A stretch of DNA of 38,994 bases from NCBI GenBank assembly GCA_043813605.1, contig JBDRKX010000060.1, positions 1 through 38,994 on the forward strand, read 5' to 3'. The position numbers and the translations under genes are program-made. The notes below the pieces were generated by a model that searched no databases, was not told where the DNA came from, and was given only the letters and a program-made list of their open reading frames with translations. Shown here in pieces: positions 37,482-38,994 of this stretch (the first letter of the stretch is position 1; the number at the start of each line of letters is the position of its first letter). Origin of the DNA: Elusimicrobiota bacterium. GTDB lineage: Bacteria; CG03; SLGR01; JBDRKX01.

Positions 37482-38411
37482 TTATATATTTTCCTTGAAC
37501 AGCCAGGTCGAAAGATACCTTTCGCCCGAATCCGGCAGTATGGCTACTATGGTCTTTTCTTCTGTTTCGCGCTTTGCTATCTCCAATGCTGCACATAGCG
37601 CGGCGCCGCTCGATATTCCGGCGAGTATGCCCTCTTTTTTTGCCAATTCCCGGGCAATTCTTCCCGCGTCATCGTCTGACACCTGAATTATCTCATCTAT
37701 TACATCTCTATTGAGTATTTCAGGCACAAACCCGGCGCCGATACCCTGAATTTTATGTGCGCCGGCAGTACCTCCTGACAGCACCGCGGAGCCCTTAGGC
37801 TCAACGCCGATGATCCTGATTGAATCCTTCATGCTTTTTAATGCTTCCCCGATTCCTGTTATCGTTCCTCCCGTGCCTATCCCTGCAATAAAGATATCGA
37901 CACTGCCGGCTGTTGCATCCCAGATCTCCACAGCCGTTGTTTCCCTGTGTATCTTTGGATTCACCGGATTCTTGAACTGCTGCGGCATAAAACTTCCGGG
38001 GGTAGCCTCTGCAATCTCGACAGCTTTTTCTATTGCTCCTTTCATGCCCTTTGCGCCGTCTGTTAAAACAGTTTCCGCTCCGAGTATTTTTAACAGTTGA
38101 CGCCGTTCGTTACTCATTGTATCCGGCATAGTAAGGATCAGGCGGTATCCTCTTGCCGCTGCTGTAAAAGCTAACGCTATACCTGTATTACCGCTCGTCG
38201 GCTCAATGATAATACCGCCTTCTTTCAGTTTCCCATCTTTTTCGGCCGCATCGATCATAGCAACCCCTATCCGGTCCTTAATGCTTGAAAGCGGGTTAAA
38301 CGACTCGATCTTAACAAGCACCCTTGATGGAAAACCTTTGGCTAGCTTATTGATCCTGACCAGGGGTGTATTCCCAACGGTTTCTGTTATATCTTTATAT
38401 ACTTTTTTCAT
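37482..38411 (-). CDS. cysK: Cysteine synthase A
   Basis: GNTPLV, NPLSSIKDR (PLP lysine), PTSGNTG, GIGTGGT, IQGIGAGF, DSGERYLST. Confidence 0.96.
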   Translation of the reverse strand: MKKVYKDITETVGNTPLVRINKLAKGFPSRVLVKIESFNPLSSIKDRIGVAMIDAAEKDGKLKEGGIIIEPTSGNTGIALAFTAAARGYRLILTMPDTMSNERRQLLKILGAETVLTDGAKGMKGAIEKAVEIAEATPGSFMPQQFKNPVNPKIHRETTAVEIWDATAGSVDIFIAGIGTGGTITGIGEALKSMKDSIRIIGVEPKGSAVLSGGTAGAHKIQGIGAGFVPEILNRDVIDEIIQVSDDDAGRIARELAKKEGILAGISSGAALCAALEIAKRETEEKTIVAILPDSGERYLSTWLFKENI

Positions 38412-38434
38412 GATGATTCCCTTTTAAACATCCA

Positions 38435-38460
38435 CTACTCCTGATATCTATCAGATATAG
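38435..38460. promoter_or_regulatory. Palindromic candidate operator upstream of cysK
   Basis: CTA-ctc-CTGATA-tc-TATCAG-ata-TAG. Confidence 0.4.
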
Positions 38461-38593
38461 TATATACTTCCTTTTTTTTCAAGTAACAGAACTTATAAGT
38501 TGCCTGGAATAAGTACTTTAAATCGACGATATGAATCTTTTTTAACCATTCTGCATCAAATATAGTGAAGGTAAAGAGAAGGAGGTAAATAAA

Positions 38594-38860
38594 ATGAGAA
38601 ACAACCTGATTTTGTGGGACCCGTTTAAAGAACTGCTGGATACTACGGATATGTATGACCGGTTTCTTGCAGGAAATCACGATCCGGCCAGATCTCTGCT
38701 CGGAATGTTCGGAAAAGGCTATGATATGCCTGCCGTGGACATATATGATAAGAAAGATCATATAGTGGCCCAATTAGAAGTTCCGGGGTTGGAGAAAAAA
38801 GACCTGAAAGTGTCTGTAGACAGCGATGTGCTTAAGATCACGGGCGAAAAGAAAAAATGA
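38594..38860 (+). pseudogene. C-terminally truncated Hsp20/alpha-crystallin protein
   Basis: AAGGAGGT RBS; WDPFKEL, PAVDIYD...EVPGLEKKDLKVSV...LKITGEKKK then stop. No ER.YG.F.R half-domain in any downstream frame. Confidence 0.75.
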
Positions 38861-38994
38861 CTACTCAGTTAGCGCAGAAGTGAGTTAAGAAATGACACAC
38901 AGAAGTAGCTCAATGAATTTTGTCATCATTTTTATCGACGAAGACATTACCAGAAAATATTCTTTTGGCATGTCTTGAAAAGGAGGAAATGGCC

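Noticed and set aside
38412..38593. CIRCE element upstream of Hsp20
   Set aside because: No TTAGCACTC-N9-GAGTGCTAA or close variant was seen.
38435..38773. 112-aa minus-strand ORF
   Set aside because: Overlaps the Hsp20 frame antisense and the AT-rich divergent promoter region.
38981..38994. Gene start at AGGAGGaaATG
   Set aside because: RBS spacing is only 2 nt and just two codons are visible, so it cannot be supported.

Overview
Gene-dense bacterial chromosomal window, mostly minus-strand, from an organism that probably has a periplasm and outer membrane. Left to right: (1) the 5' part of a Halothermothrix-type sucrose-phosphate synthase, missed by the ORF track. (2) An expanded MoxR/DUF58/BatA-E operon with two extra BatD-like proteins and a TPR + parvulin-less PrsA/SurA-like chaperone. 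(3) A GldA/GldF-GldG/DUF4340 ABC cassette and an OmpR-family two-component system. (4) yggT, a Cys-rich hypothetical protein and a stand-alone GAF-PAS protein. (5) A beta-barrel + LolD-like + two FtsX permeases + LolA-like cassette. (6) An MscS-KtrB-KtrA-membrane sensor operon. (7) A zone of decayed genes at 29.6-32.3 kb, then an ankyrin protein and an ABC-F ATPase. (8) A cysK-DUF318-mnmA-mini-YchF operon and a truncated Hsp20. The most striking unexplained structure is non-coding: 7-bp tandem arrays in six intergenic spacers follow a polarity rule, with one strand sense just after stop codons and its complement just before start codons, and three of the pre-start arrays are followed by GGGAGTT-N10/11-ATG. 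A near-identical 15-bp palindromic site also lies at the same distance from TATAAT upstream of both the Gld-like and Bat operons. No rRNA, tRNA, CRISPR array or intact transposase was seen. All family calls are from motif recognition by eye; no database searches were run.
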